DNA of 64,000 nucleotides, taken from an uncultured Actinomycetota bacterium (GTDB lineage: Bacteria; Actinomycetota; Actinomycetes; Propionibacteriales; Nocardioidaceae). Shown here piece after piece: positions 1 through 9,614 of this stretch. Position numbers and translations under genes: made by a program. Under the pieces are notes generated by a model. That model saw only the letters and a program-made list of their open reading frames with translations, had not been told where the DNA came from and ran no database searches. Location: NCBI GenBank assembly GCA_963709685.1, contig CAVPXH010000020.1, positions 79,838 through 143,837 on the forward strand. Reading direction: 5' to 3'. Within the stretch, counting starts at the first letter, position 1. Every line of letters begins with the position of its first letter.

Positions 1-888
1 GTGGCCGGACCCCGGCCGGCGTACCTCGACGACGCACAGCTGGCGGTCTACCCCGGCCGGGCCGCCCTGTGCCGGGCGATGTGGCTGCCCGGAGCGGACC
101 GCGGCTTCGTGCCCCAGGGGCTGGCGCTGGACGGGGACACCGCCTGGGTGAGCGGGTACCACGACGGCGCGCACACGCGCCCCTGCCAGCTGGTGCACGT
201 ACGGCTGGACGGGGAACCGCTCGTCTTCCAGGACCGGGTCGTCGGCCGCGTCAGGCACCGGGAGCCGGTGCTCTGCCGGCACGGTGGCGGTCTGCTGCGC
301 ACCGCCGAGGGGCTGTGGCTGGCCGAGACCCACCGGCTGTGGCTGCTGGACCCCGCGCTCGTCGGCAAGGGCGACCCGGTGCTGCGCGGCTGGCGCCTGG
401 AGGAGCCGGTGCGGGGCTCGTTCCTGGTGCCCGGCGCCTCCGGGCGGCTCGGCCTGGGCGGCTACCGCGCCCACGACCGCGGCGCGGTCCACTGGTACGA
501 CGTCGCGACGCTCCTCGCACCCGGGCGGACGGTGCTGGCGGCCTCGCGGCGGGACCGGTCGCCCGGCACGAGCACGGCGCAGCGGGTGCTGCCCCGGCGG
601 GTCGGCATCGCGCCGGTCCGGGCCCAGGGCGCCGCCCGGATCGACGGCGGTGCTCCGACGTACGTCTCCTCCACCTCCGGGTGCGGCAAGCTCGCGCTCC
701 CGGGCGGCACCCGCGTGGCGTTCGCGCCCGGCGCGGAGGACGCCGAGCAGCAGGGCGCGCTGCTGTGGTCGGTCTCGGAGGCGGGGGCGTTCCGCTACTT
801 CCGCCTCGGCCGGCCGCTGGTGCCGATGCTCGCGGCGTACCGCCTCGACCGGCTGCTGCGCGGACCCGCCCCGACCTGCCCCTGGTGA
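1..888 (+). CDS. Hypothetical protein, possibly 5'-truncated by the window edge
   Basis: 295-aa ORF with typical high-GC codon use; fragments such as FVPQGLALDGDTAWVSGY look like beta-strand repeats; no family recognised. Confidence 0.6.
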   Translation: MAGPRPAYLDDAQLAVYPGRAALCRAMWLPGADRGFVPQGLALDGDTAWVSGYHDGAHTRPCQLVHVRLDGEPLVFQDRVVGRVRHREPVLCRHGGGLLRTAEGLWLAETHRLWLLDPALVGKGDPVLRGWRLEEPVRGSFLVPGASGRLGLGGYRAHDRGAVHWYDVATLLAPGRTVLAASRRDRSPGTSTAQRVLPRRVGIAPVRAQGAARIDGGAPTYVSSTSGCGKLALPGGTRVAFAPGAEDAEQQGALLWSVSEAGAFRYFRLGRPLVPMLAAYRLDRLLRGPAPTCPW

Positions 889-971
889 ACCCTGTCCGTC
901 GGGGCCGGTGTGGTGCTCGGCCGCGGGGACCCCGCGCGGGCGGTCGGGGCGCGGCACGCCAAGATGGGCGC

Positions 972-1643
972 ATGGCAGACACCACGCTGGAGACCCAGAC
1001 CGTCGCCGTCCTCGGCGGCACCGGACCGCAGGGGCGCGGGCTGGCGCGCCGCTTCGCCGCCGCGGGCCTGACCGTGGTGATCGGCAGCCGCAGCGCCGAG
1101 CGGGCGCAGGCCACCGCCGCCGAGCTCGCCGAAGCCACCGGCGGCGACGTGACCGGCGCGGCCAACGCCGAGGCCGCCGCGCAGGGCGACCTGGTGATCG
1201 TGGCGGTGCCCTGGGACGGGCACAAGGAGCTGCTGAGCGAGCTCGCCCCGGCGCTCGCCGGCAAGATCGTCGTGGACTGCGTGAACCCCTTGGGATTCGA
1301 CAAGCAGGGCGCCTACGCGCTCGCCGTCGAGGAGGGCTCGGCGGCCCAGCAGGCCGAGGCGCTGCTGCCCGACTCGCGCGTCACGGCCGCCTTCCACCAC
1401 GTCAGCGCGGTCCTGCTCGAGGACCCCGAGGTGGCCTCGATGGACACCGACGTGCTGGTGCTCGGCGATGACCGCGAGGCGACCGACGTGGTGCGCGCGC
1501 TGGCCGACACGATCCCCGGGATGCGCGGCATCTACGCCGGGCGGCTGCGCAACGCCCACCAGGTGGAGGCGCTGACCGCGAACCTGATCAGCGTGAACCG
1601 GCGCTACAAGGCGCACTCGGGTCTGCGGGTGACGGACGTGTGA
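972..1643 (+). CDS. npdG: NADPH-dependent F420 reductase
   Basis: ATG at 972 inside ORF 69..1643; VAVLGGTGPQGRGLA Rossmann motif, VAVPW, VDCVNPL, AAFHHVSA and RNAHQVEALTANLISVNRRYK match the NpdG family. Confidence 0.92.
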   Translation: MADTTLETQTVAVLGGTGPQGRGLARRFAAAGLTVVIGSRSAERAQATAAELAEATGGDVTGAANAEAAAQGDLVIVAVPWDGHKELLSELAPALAGKIVVDCVNPLGFDKQGAYALAVEEGSAAQQAEALLPDSRVTAAFHHVSAVLLEDPEVASMDTDVLVLGDDREATDVVRALADTIPGMRGIYAGRLRNAHQVEALTANLISVNRRYKAHSGLRVTDV

Positions 1644-1733
1644 GCCTGCGGTCCCGGCTACTGTGCGAGGTGTGAGGCCCGCCTCGTCCCGACACCGCCC
1701 GACCGGCGTACCCGACCCGCGCCTGGAGAGCGC

Positions 1734-2594
1734 ATGCTGAAGCTGGGCCGCGGGGAGTTCGACGACGACGCGCTGCTGGTGATGGCGATCGTCAACCGGA
1801 CCCCGGACTCGTTCTACGACCAGGGCGCCACCTGGGCCGAGGACAAGGCCTTGGCGCGGGTGCGGCAGGTCGTCGCCGACGGTGCCGACCTCGTCGACAT
1901 CGGGGGGATCAAGGCCGGCCCCGGTGAGGAGATCGGGGTGGAGGAGGAGAAGCGGCGCGTCGTCGGCTTCGTCGCCGCCGTCCGTGAGGAGTTCCCCGAC
2001 CTCGTGATCAGCGTGGACACCTGGCGCGCCGAGGTCGGCCACGCCGTCTGCGAGGCGGGAGCGGACCTGCTCAACGACGCCTGGGGCGGGGCCGACCCGG
2101 ACCTGGCCGCGGTTGCCGCCGCGCACGGCGCGGCGCTGGTCTGCACGCACACCGGGGGGATGCGGCCCCGGACCCTGCCGTTCCGCAACGCGTACGACGA
2201 CGTGGTGGCCGACGTGGTCGCGGACACGGTGGCCTACGCCGAACGCGCGGTCTCCCTCGGCGTGGACGCGCGCAGCCTGCTCATCGACCCCGCGCACGAC
2301 TTCGGCAAGAACACCTGGCACTCGCTCGAGGTCACCCGGCGGCTCGACGAGATGACCGCCACCGGCTGGCCCGTCCTGGTCTCGCTGTCGAACAAGGACT
2401 TCGTCGGCGAGACGCTCGGGCTGCCGGTCGGGGAGCGGCTCACCGGCACGCTGGCCGCCACCGCGATCGCCGCCTGGCACGGCGCGCGGGTCTACCGGGT
2501 GCACCAGGTCATCGAGACCCGGCAGGTCCTGGACATGGTGTCAGCCATCCGTGGCGTGCACACACCGGAGGCGGTCCGGCGCGGGCTGATGTGA
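1734..2594 (+). CDS. folP: Dihydropteroate synthase-like protein (FolP2 type)
   Basis: MAIVNRTPDSFYD, DIGG, SVDTWR, LNDAW, IDPAHDFGKN and SLSNKDF motifs; resembles the actinobacterial FolP2 paralogue. Confidence 0.88.
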   Translation: MLKLGRGEFDDDALLVMAIVNRTPDSFYDQGATWAEDKALARVRQVVADGADLVDIGGIKAGPGEEIGVEEEKRRVVGFVAAVREEFPDLVISVDTWRAEVGHAVCEAGADLLNDAWGGADPDLAAVAAAHGAALVCTHTGGMRPRTLPFRNAYDDVVADVVADTVAYAERAVSLGVDARSLLIDPAHDFGKNTWHSLEVTRRLDEMTATGWPVLVSLSNKDFVGETLGLPVGERLTGTLAATAIAAWHGARVYRVHQVIETRQVLDMVSAIRGVHTPEAVRRGLM

Positions 2595-2623
2595 GCCCGG
2601 GACACTGTGCGAGGCTGAACGGC

Positions 2624-3567
2624 ATGCGGGTTGCGTTGATGGTGACGTGTGTGAACGACGCGATGTTCCCCGATGTCGGCAGGGCGGTGGTGCGGCTGCT
2701 GCGCCGGCTCGGTGTGGAGGTGGACTTCCCGGCCGGGCAGGCGTGTTGTGGGCAGCCGATGGTGAACACCGGGTACTTCGACGAGGCGGTGCCGGTGGTA
2801 CGCAACTACGTCGAGGCGTTCGCGGGCTATCGACGCGGTGGTGGCGCCGTCGGGGTCGTGCGCGGGGTCGGCGCGGCACCAGCACGGCCTGGTCGCGCGG
2901 CGCTCGGGGGATCCGGGTCTGGTGGCGGCGGTGGAGTCGGCTCCGCCGACGTACGAGTTGTCGGAGTTCCTGGTCGACGTGCTGGGGGTGAGTGATGTGG
3001 GGGCGTCGTTCCCGCACACGGTGACCTACCACCCGACCTGCCACTCCTTGCGGATGCTCGGCGTGGGCGACCGGCCGCGGCGGCTGCTGGAGGCGGTGCG
3101 GGGGTTGCGGCTGGTGGACCTGCCGGCGGCGGAGGAGTGCTGCGGGTTCGGGGGGACGTTCGCGGTGAAGAACGCCGACGTCTCGGTGGCGATGGGCTCG
3201 GACAAGGCGCGGCACGTGCGCGACACCGGTGCGGAGGTGCTGGTGGCCGGGGACAGCTCGTGCCTGATGCACATCGGCGGGTTGCTCTCGCGGCAGCAGG
3301 CGGGGGTGCGGGTGCTGCACCTGGCGGAGGTGCTGGCCGCGACCGAGGGTGCGGTGGAGCCGGCCGCGGTGCTGGGCGCCGGCGCGGTGGAGTCTGCTTC
3401 GGGGCCGCGCCCGGAGCCGGGCGCCTTCGACAGCACCGGCGGCACCGGCGACACCGGCGGCACCGGCGGCACCGGCGGCACCGGTGAGCACCGGTTCCCG
3501 GTCGTCGAGCGGTCCTCGGTCGTCGAGCTTGTCGAGACGCCTCGACGGCGGAGGGGGCATCCGGTGA
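2624..3567 (+). CDS. lutA: Lactate utilization protein A (CCG-domain Fe-S protein), frameshifted near 2830; C-terminus uncertain
   Basis: MRVALMVTCVND...CCGQP in ORF 2591; continues in another frame as VVAPSGSCAG...YHPTCH...ECCGFGGTF in ORF 2838; a TGA overlapping the lutB GTG (GTGA, 3564-3567) suggests the true end. Confidence 0.85.
3432..3485 (+). repeat. Tandem 9-bp repeat (GGCACCGGC-like, about 5-6 copies) in the lutA-lutB linker
   Basis: gcaccggc ggcaccggc gacaccggc ggcaccggc ggcaccggc ggcaccggt read directly. Confidence 0.85.
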
Positions 3568-5070
3568 GCGCGACGTTCGTGGGGATGCCGGCGTTCCCGG
3601 CGGCGGCGCGGGCGGCGCTGGCCGACACCCAGCTGCGCTCCAACCTGGCGCACGCGACCTCGACGATCCGCGCGAAGCGGGGTGCGGTGGTCGCGGAGGT
3701 CGGGGACTGGGAGGAGCTGCGGGCCGCCGGCGCGGGCATCAAGGACAACACGCTGCTGCACCTCGACGAGCACCTGGTGCGGCTGGAGGAGGCGCTGACC
3801 GCGCGGGGTGCGGTGGTGCACTGGGCGCGGGATGCGCAGGAGGCGTGCCGGGTCGTCGCGGAGGTGGCCAAGGACCATGGCGTGGATGAGGTGGTCAAGG
3901 TCAAGTCGATGGCGACCGCCGAGATCGGGCTGAACGAGCACCTGGCCGCCCACGGGATCGCGGCGTGGGAGACGGATCTGGCCGAGCTGATCGTGCAGCT
4001 GGGGGAGGACCTCCCGTCCCACATCCTGGTGCCGGCGATCCACCGCAACCGGGCGGAGATCCGCCGGATCTTCGCCGAGCGGATGGCAGGCGCGGGCCGG
4101 GCGGCTCCTGAGGACCTGACCGATGAGCCGGCGCGGCTGGCGGAGGCGGCGCGGTTGCACCTGCGGGAGAAGTTCCTGCGCGCGAAGGTGGCGGTGAGCG
4201 GGGCGAACTTCGCGGTCGCGGAGTCCGGGACGCTGGTGGTGGTGGAGTCCGAGGGCAACGGGCGGATGTGCCTGACCCTGCCGGAGGTGCTGGTCTCGGT
4301 GGTGGGCATCGAGAAGGTGGTGCCGACCTTCGCCGACCTGGACGTGTTCTTGCAGCTGTTGCCGCGCTCGAGCACGGGGGAGCGGATGAACCCCTACACG
4401 TCGCTGTGGAACGGGGTGACGCCCGGGGACGGGCCGGCCGAGGTGCACGTGGTGCTGCTGGACAACGGCCGCACCCGGGCGTTGGCCGACGAGGTGGGCC
4501 GCCAAGCGCTGCGCTGCATCCGCTGCTCGGCCTGTTTGAACGTGTGCCCGGTCTATGAGCGCACCGGGGGGCATGCCTACGGGTCGGTGTACCCCGGGCC
4601 GATCGGCGCGATCCTGAACCCGCTGCTGAAGGGCGTCGGGGTCGATGAGCAGGTCGACTCGCTGCCGTACGCGTCGTCGTTGTGCGGGGCGTGCTTCGAG
4701 GCCTGCCCGGTCAGGATCGACATCCCCTCGGTGCTGGTGGACCTGCGCGCCCGGGTCGTCGATGCCCATCGCGGGACGGCGGTCACACGTCGGGGAGGCG
4801 GCGGCGATGAAGGCGGCCGCCTGGTCGTTCGGCTCCGGTGCCCGGCTCGGCGTGGTGGAGCGGGCGTCGGGGCTGGCCGGTCGGGTGGCCGGCCGCCTGG
4901 GCCGTCGTACCCTGCCCGGCGGGCGTCGGGCACTGTCCCGGCTGCCGTGGCCGGGCTCGAGGTGGACCGGCGCCCGGGACCTGCCCGCTCCACCGGCCGA
5001 GTCCTTCCGCGCGTGGTGGAGCCGCACCGACGGCGACCGCACGGACAGCCAGGGGGAGGGCGAGCGGTGA
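3564..5070 (+). CDS. lutB: Lactate utilization protein B (LUD + 4Fe-4S dicluster), frameshifted near 4780
   Basis: SATFVGMPAF start, KVKSMATAEI, ETDLAE, PSHILVPAIH, CIRCSACLNVCPVY and SSLCGACFEACPV; C-terminus (EAAAMKAA...PAPPAESFRAWW) lies in ORF 4645..5070. Confidence 0.9.
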
Positions 5071-5666
5071 GCGCGCGCGAGGACATCCTGGCCGCCGTAC
5101 GCCGGGCCACCGCGGGTGCGGACACGAGCGAGGTGCAGGTGCCGCGCGGCTACCGGGACCGTCCGGCACCCGCGGACGTGGTGGGCCTGTTCGCCGAGCG
5201 GGTCGCCGACTACCGCGCGGTGGTGGAACGCTGCAGCCTCGAGGACGTGCCGCAGCGGGTCGCGGCCGCGCTGGCCGACGCGGAGCGGGTGATCGTGCCG
5301 GCCGGCACGCCGTGGACGATGCCCGGGGCGCACGACGGGGACGGGTTGAGCGCCGCCGACCTCGACAGGTACGACGCGGTGCTCACCGCCGCGACCGTCG
5401 GGATCGCGGAGACCGGCACGATCGTGCTCACCCACGGCCCGGGCGAGGGCCGCCGCGCGCTGACCCTCGTGCCCGACCTGCACGTGTGCGTGGTCCGCGC
5501 CGACCAGGTCGTGCCCGGCGTCCCCGAGGCCATCGCCATGCTCGGCCCGGCTGCGACCCGGCCGCAGACCTGGATCAGCGGACCGTCGGCCACCAGCGAC
5601 ATCGAGCTGCGCCGGGTCGAGGGCGTCCACGGCCCCCGACACCTGCACGTCCTCGTCGCCGACTGA
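5067..5666 (+). CDS. lutC: Lactate utilization protein C (LUD domain)
   Basis: GTGA overlap with the lutB stop; MSAREDILAAVR...IAETGTIV...LTLVPDLH...ISGPSATSDIELRRVEGVHGP. Confidence 0.9.
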   Translation: MSAREDILAAVRRATAGADTSEVQVPRGYRDRPAPADVVGLFAERVADYRAVVERCSLEDVPQRVAAALADAERVIVPAGTPWTMPGAHDGDGLSAADLDRYDAVLTAATVGIAETGTIVLTHGPGEGRRALTLVPDLHVCVVRADQVVPGVPEAIAMLGPAATRPQTWISGPSATSDIELRRVEGVHGPRHLHVLVAD

Positions 5667-5885
5667 CCGCTCGGCGCGGATCAGCGCCGCGGCGCCTTGA
5701 TCGTGCACGAAACCGTCGCTTCGCCGGGCTGCTGGGTGCCCTGGCGCGGGGACAGGGCGCGGCCGCTGCCGCCCGCCTGGGCCGCCGATTCTCTGACCCG
5801 GCTCGCCTCCCTTTACCCTGCCGCGAGTGCCTGCCGGCGCCCGCGGGCGCCGGCGAGTGTCGCGGCCGGGTCCCGGCCGTCTCTC

Positions 5886-5935
5886 TTGACGTGTGACGAG
5901 GAGCACTATACGTTCATCTCAATGCCTATAGGATT
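5886..5935 (+). promoter_or_regulatory. Sigma70-type promoter with overlapping dyad (candidate GntR operator) for the fuconate operon
   Basis: TTGACG (5886-5891), 17 nt, TACGTT (5909-5914), then the near-palindrome AATGCCTATAGGATT (5921-5935). Confidence 0.65.
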
Positions 5936-5956
5936 CTGATTGAGAGGCTGCACATC

Positions 5957-7297
5957 GTGCCCACCGTCGCTTCGGTCGTCACCCAGGACGTCCGGTTCCC
6001 CACCTCCCTGGAGCTGGATGGCTCCGACGCCGTCAACGTCGATCCCGACTACTCGGCCGCCTACGTGACCGTCCGCCTCGACAACGGCGAGGAGGGCCAC
6101 GCCTTCGTCTTCACCTGTGGACGCGGCAACGACATCGTCACCCACGCGATGGACGTGTACGGCGAGCTGCTTGTGGGCCGCGACGCCGATGAGCTCGTCC
6201 ACGACCTCGGTGGCGCCTCGAAGCGGCTGATCCACGACTCCCAGATGCGCTGGCTCGGACCGGAGAAGGGCGTTTCCCAGATGGCCTGCGGCGCACTCGT
6301 CAACGCGTTGTGGGACCTGCGGGCCCGGCGTGAGAACAAACCCCTGTGGCTGTTGCTCGCCGAGATGTCGCCCGAGGAGCTCGTGAGCGTCGTCGACTTC
6401 ACCCACATCCGCAGCGCGCTCAGCCCGGAGCAGGCGCTGGAGATCCTGCGTCGTGGCGAGGAGGGCAAGGCCGAGCGGATCGCGTCGCTGAAGGCCGACG
6501 GCTTCCCCGCCTACACCACCTCCCCCGGGTGGCTCGGCTACAGCGACGAGAAGCTGGTGCGACTGTCCACGGAGGCGCTCGACGACGGCTTCTCGATGAT
6601 CAAGCTGAAGGTCGGCGGCAGCCTCGAGGACGACCGCCGGCGCCTGGGCCTCATGCGCAGCAACTTCCCCGGCGTCCCCGTCGCTGTCGACGCCAACCAG
6701 CGTTGGGATGTCGACGAGGCCGTCACGTGGATGAAGGAGCTCGCCGAGTTCGAGCCCTACTGGATCGAGGAGCCGACGAGCACCGACGACGTCCTCGGCC
6801 ACGCGACCATCCGCAAGGGCATCACGCCGGTGCGGGTCGCGACCGGCGAGGCGGTCGCCAACCGCATCGTGTTCAAGCAGTTGCTCGAGGCCGAGGCGAT
6901 CGACGTCATGCAGATCGACGCAACCCGGGTCGGCGGCATCAACGAGAACATCGCCAACCTCCTGCTCGCCGCGCGCTTCGGCGTGCCGGTCTGCCCGCAC
7001 GCCGGCGGTGTCGGCCTGTGCGAGCTGGTCCAGCACTACTCCTTCTTCGACTACGCGGCCGTCAGCGGCAGCCAGGACGGTCGCTTCATCGAGTACGTCG
7101 ACCACCTGCACGAGCACTTCGTCGAGCCGGCGCGGGTCCGCCGGGGCCGCTACGTCGCACCGACGCGGCCCGGGACCGGCGCGGAGATGCTCGCGCCGTC
7201 GCGGGAGCGGTGGACCTTCCCCGAGGGGTCCGGTTGGCGCGAGGTCGGCGAGCGAGCCGCAGTCACCGAGCCGCACATGACGCCTGCCGAGGTCTGA
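5957..7297 (+). CDS. L-fuconate dehydratase (enolase superfamily, FucD/ENOSF1 type)
   Basis: DVRFPTSLELDGSDAVNVDPDYSAAYV, RWLGPEKG, PAYTTSPGWLGYSDEK, KLKVG, VDANQ, WIEEPTS, ATGE, PHAGGVGLCE and EYVDHLHEHF are diagnostic. Confidence 0.92.
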   Translation: MPTVASVVTQDVRFPTSLELDGSDAVNVDPDYSAAYVTVRLDNGEEGHAFVFTCGRGNDIVTHAMDVYGELLVGRDADELVHDLGGASKRLIHDSQMRWLGPEKGVSQMACGALVNALWDLRARRENKPLWLLLAEMSPEELVSVVDFTHIRSALSPEQALEILRRGEEGKAERIASLKADGFPAYTTSPGWLGYSDEKLVRLSTEALDDGFSMIKLKVGGSLEDDRRRLGLMRSNFPGVPVAVDANQRWDVDEAVTWMKELAEFEPYWIEEPTSTDDVLGHATIRKGITPVRVATGEAVANRIVFKQLLEAEAIDVMQIDATRVGGINENIANLLLAARFGVPVCPHAGGVGLCELVQHYSFFDYAAVSGSQDGRFIEYVDHLHEHFVEPARVRRGRYVAPTRPGTGAEMLAPSRERWTFPEGSGWREVGERAAVTEPHMTPAEV

Positions 7298-7337
7298 GGC
7301 GCCACAGTCCAGCAGCACTACACACATCGAAGGGAAC

Positions 7338-8177
7338 ATGATGGTTGGGGTAAGGAAGAAGATCCTGGCCGGGGTCGTCGCGACGCTCGCGCTCGTCACC
7401 GCGGGCTGCACGTCGAGCGGCGCGAACGCAAGCGGCGGGGGCGGTGGGACCACCTCCGCCTCGGACAGTCATCTGACGCAGGTGCTCAAGTCGCACACGA
7501 TCCGCATCGGCGTGCAGTCGGAGGCCGCCCCGTGGGGTGTGCAGAAGTCCGACGGCAGCTTCGAGGGGTTCGACATCGACATCGCGAAGGCGCTCGCTGA
7601 CGCGCTCGGCGCGAAGCCCAAGTTCATCGCCGTCACCAACGAGTCGCGCATCCCCATGCTGCAAGCGGACAAGGCGGACGTGATGATCGCGTCGTTCACC
7701 GCCACCGACGAGCGCGCGCAGCAGGTCGCCTTCACGATCCCCTACGCCGCCGGCGGCACGTTGATCGCGGTCCCGGAGAACTCGTCGATCCGCAGCTACG
7801 GCGACCTGGCCGGCAAGTCGGTCTCCGCCAGCCGCGGCAGCATCGGTGAGCAGATCCTCGAGTCGCACTTCCCGAAGGCGAAGCCGGCGCTGTTCAACTC
7901 CTTCGCCGACTCCGTCCAGGCGCTCAAGAGCGGCAAGGTCGACGCGCTGATCGAGAACAACGTGATCGTCCCGCAGCTGGTGCAGAAGGACTCCAACCTG
8001 CGCGTGCTGCAGGGCCCGGTCCTCGAACCGTCGCTGATGTCCATGGGCATCAAGCAGGGTGACCAGGTGTGGATGAACTACCTGAACAACTTCATCCGCA
8101 ACTACAACGTGTCGGGCCAGAACGACACGGCCAGCAAGAAATGGCTGAGCCAGCCGATGCCCGACTTCCTCAAGTAG
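7338..8177 (+). CDS. Polar amino-acid-type ABC transporter substrate-binding lipoprotein (PBP family 3)
   Basis: Lipobox LVTAGC; GFDIDIAKALA, RIPMLQADKADVMIASFTATDERAQQVAFTIPY and ALKSGKVDA. Confidence 0.88.
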   Translation: MMVGVRKKILAGVVATLALVTAGCTSSGANASGGGGGTTSASDSHLTQVLKSHTIRIGVQSEAAPWGVQKSDGSFEGFDIDIAKALADALGAKPKFIAVTNESRIPMLQADKADVMIASFTATDERAQQVAFTIPYAAGGTLIAVPENSSIRSYGDLAGKSVSASRGSIGEQILESHFPKAKPALFNSFADSVQALKSGKVDALIENNVIVPQLVQKDSNLRVLQGPVLEPSLMSMGIKQGDQVWMNYLNNFIRNYNVSGQNDTASKKWLSQPMPDFLK

Positions 8178-8187
8178 CAGCCGTGGT

Positions 8188-8218
8188 GTGCGGCAGGGCG
8201 ACCCCCGCCCTGCCGCAC
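8188..8218 (+). terminator. Perfect 13-bp hairpin between SBP and permease (attenuator or mRNA stabiliser)
   Basis: GTGCGGCAGGGCG-acccc-CGCCCTGCCGCAC; no U-tract. Confidence 0.6.
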
Positions 8219-8239
8219 CCGGACCGGTAGGACCCAGCC

Positions 8240-8911
8240 ATGACCTTCTATTTCGGCGATCTGCTGCCGTACGCCCCCCAGCTGGCCGCGGCGCTGTGGA
8301 CCAGCATCTACATCACCCTGATCGCGATGGCCGTCGGCAGCGCGCTCGGCGTGGTGCTCTACCTCGGCAAGACCGCCTCGCTGCCCGTCGTACCGGCGCT
8401 GAGCGCGGCCTACATCGAGGTCTTCCGCAACACCCCGCTGCTGGTGCAGCTCTACCTCATCTACTTCGGCCTGCCGGAGGCGGGCGTGAACCTGAACCCC
8501 ACGTGGGCGGGTGTGGTCGCGCTGACGCTGAACAACTCCGCCTACACCGCCGAGATCTACCGTGCCGGGTTCCAGTCGGTGCCCCATGGCCTGCGCGAGG
8601 CGGGCCACGCGCTCGGCATGAAGAGCGCCCAGGTGTTTCGCTACATCGTCTTCATGCCGGCCACCCGCAACGTCTTCCCGGCGCTGACCAACCAGTTCAT
8701 CCTGCTGTTCCTGGCCTCGTCGATCGCCTCGATCATCGGACTGCCCGAGCTGATGAACTCGATCCTCAACATCAACAACCAGACCTACCGCACGTTCGAG
8801 ATCCTCGCCGTCGGCGGCCTGCTCTACTTCGTCGTCTCCGCGGTCCTGGTGCTCGCATCAAGACTCACCGAGTCCTACTTCTTCCGCTGGGGGGGCAGGA
8901 ACCATGCTTAG
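8240..8911 (+). CDS. Amino-acid ABC transporter permease (HisM/GlnP type)
   Basis: YIEVFRNTPLLVQL, SAYTAEIYRAG and EAGHALG EAA loop. Confidence 0.9.
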   Translation: MTFYFGDLLPYAPQLAAALWTSIYITLIAMAVGSALGVVLYLGKTASLPVVPALSAAYIEVFRNTPLLVQLYLIYFGLPEAGVNLNPTWAGVVALTLNNSAYTAEIYRAGFQSVPHGLREAGHALGMKSAQVFRYIVFMPATRNVFPALTNQFILLFLASSIASIIGLPELMNSILNINNQTYRTFEILAVGGLLYFVVSAVLVLASRLTESYFFRWGGRNHA

Positions 8912-9614
8912 GTCGTTCAACTGGCACGACTTCGAGTCGCTGCTGCGCGGCGCAGGCTGGACGCTCGCGCTGTGCGTGACGTCCGGAGCCCTCGGCACCG
9001 TCCTCGGGATGCTGCTGGCGCTCGCGGCCACGTCGCCGCTGCGCGTCGCGCGGTGGCTGGCGACGGTGTACGTCTACTTCGTGCGCGGCATCCCGCTGCT
9101 GATCCTGGTGTTCTTCGCCTACTTCGGGATCCCGCTGATGTTCCCCGACCTGGGGTTGTCGGCCTTCGCCACCGCGGTGATCGCGTTGACCGCCTTCAGT
9201 GCCGCCTACATGGCCGAGATCTTCCGCGGCAGCATCAACGCGGTCCCCCGGGGCCAGTTCGAGGCAGCCTCCGCGCTGGGGCTGGGCTACGCGAACAAGT
9301 ACCGCTTCGTGGTGCTGCCCCAGGCGATGCGGATCGCGGTGCCGCCCGCGATCGGCTTCCTCATCGCGCTGATCAAGGACTCCTCGCTGGTCACCGTGAT
9401 CGGATTCGTGGAGCTGACCCACGCCGGCACGATCGTCAGCAACCTCACCGCAGACCCCATCACGACGTACGCCGTCGTGGCCGCCCTCTACTTCGTCATC
9501 TGCTACGGCGTCTCCCGGCTGGGCCGCTGGTACGAGAAGCGCAGCAGCGCGCACGACCGTGTCCCCGACGTCGAAGAGCAGCCGCAAGCCCTCCAGCTCG
9601 AAGGTGTCGCATGA
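8904..9614 (+). CDS. Amino-acid ABC transporter permease
   Basis: [30 protein letters not shown] and KDSSL. Confidence 0.9.
   Translation: MLRSFNWHDFESLLRGAGWTLALCVTSGALGTVLGMLLALAATSPLRVARWLATVYVYFVRGIPLLILVFFAYFGIPLMFPDLGLSAFATAVIALTAFSAAYMAEIFRGSINAVPRGQFEAASALGLGYANKYRFVVLPQAMRIAVPPAIGFLIALIKDSSLVTVIGFVELTHAGTIVSNLTADPITTYAVVAALYFVICYGVSRLGRWYEKRSSAHDRVPDVEEQPQALQLEGVA

Noticed and set aside
1734-2594. Sulfonamide-resistance sul gene
   Set aside because: Sequence and context fit the chromosomal FolP2 paralogue; no mobile context.
2838-5666. 942-aa LutA-LutB-LutC triple fusion in the ORF track
   Set aside because: The LutB C-terminus lies in another frame and ends in a GTGA overlap with lutC, so the B-C join comes from a single indel near 4780.
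2541-5906. Very long antisense or alternative-frame ORFs here and throughout (e.g. 40288..42993, 39117..41906, 54559..56832 extension)
   Set aside because: Arg/Pro/Gly/Ala-rich shadows of real genes, expected in high-GC DNA with few stop codons; no motifs.
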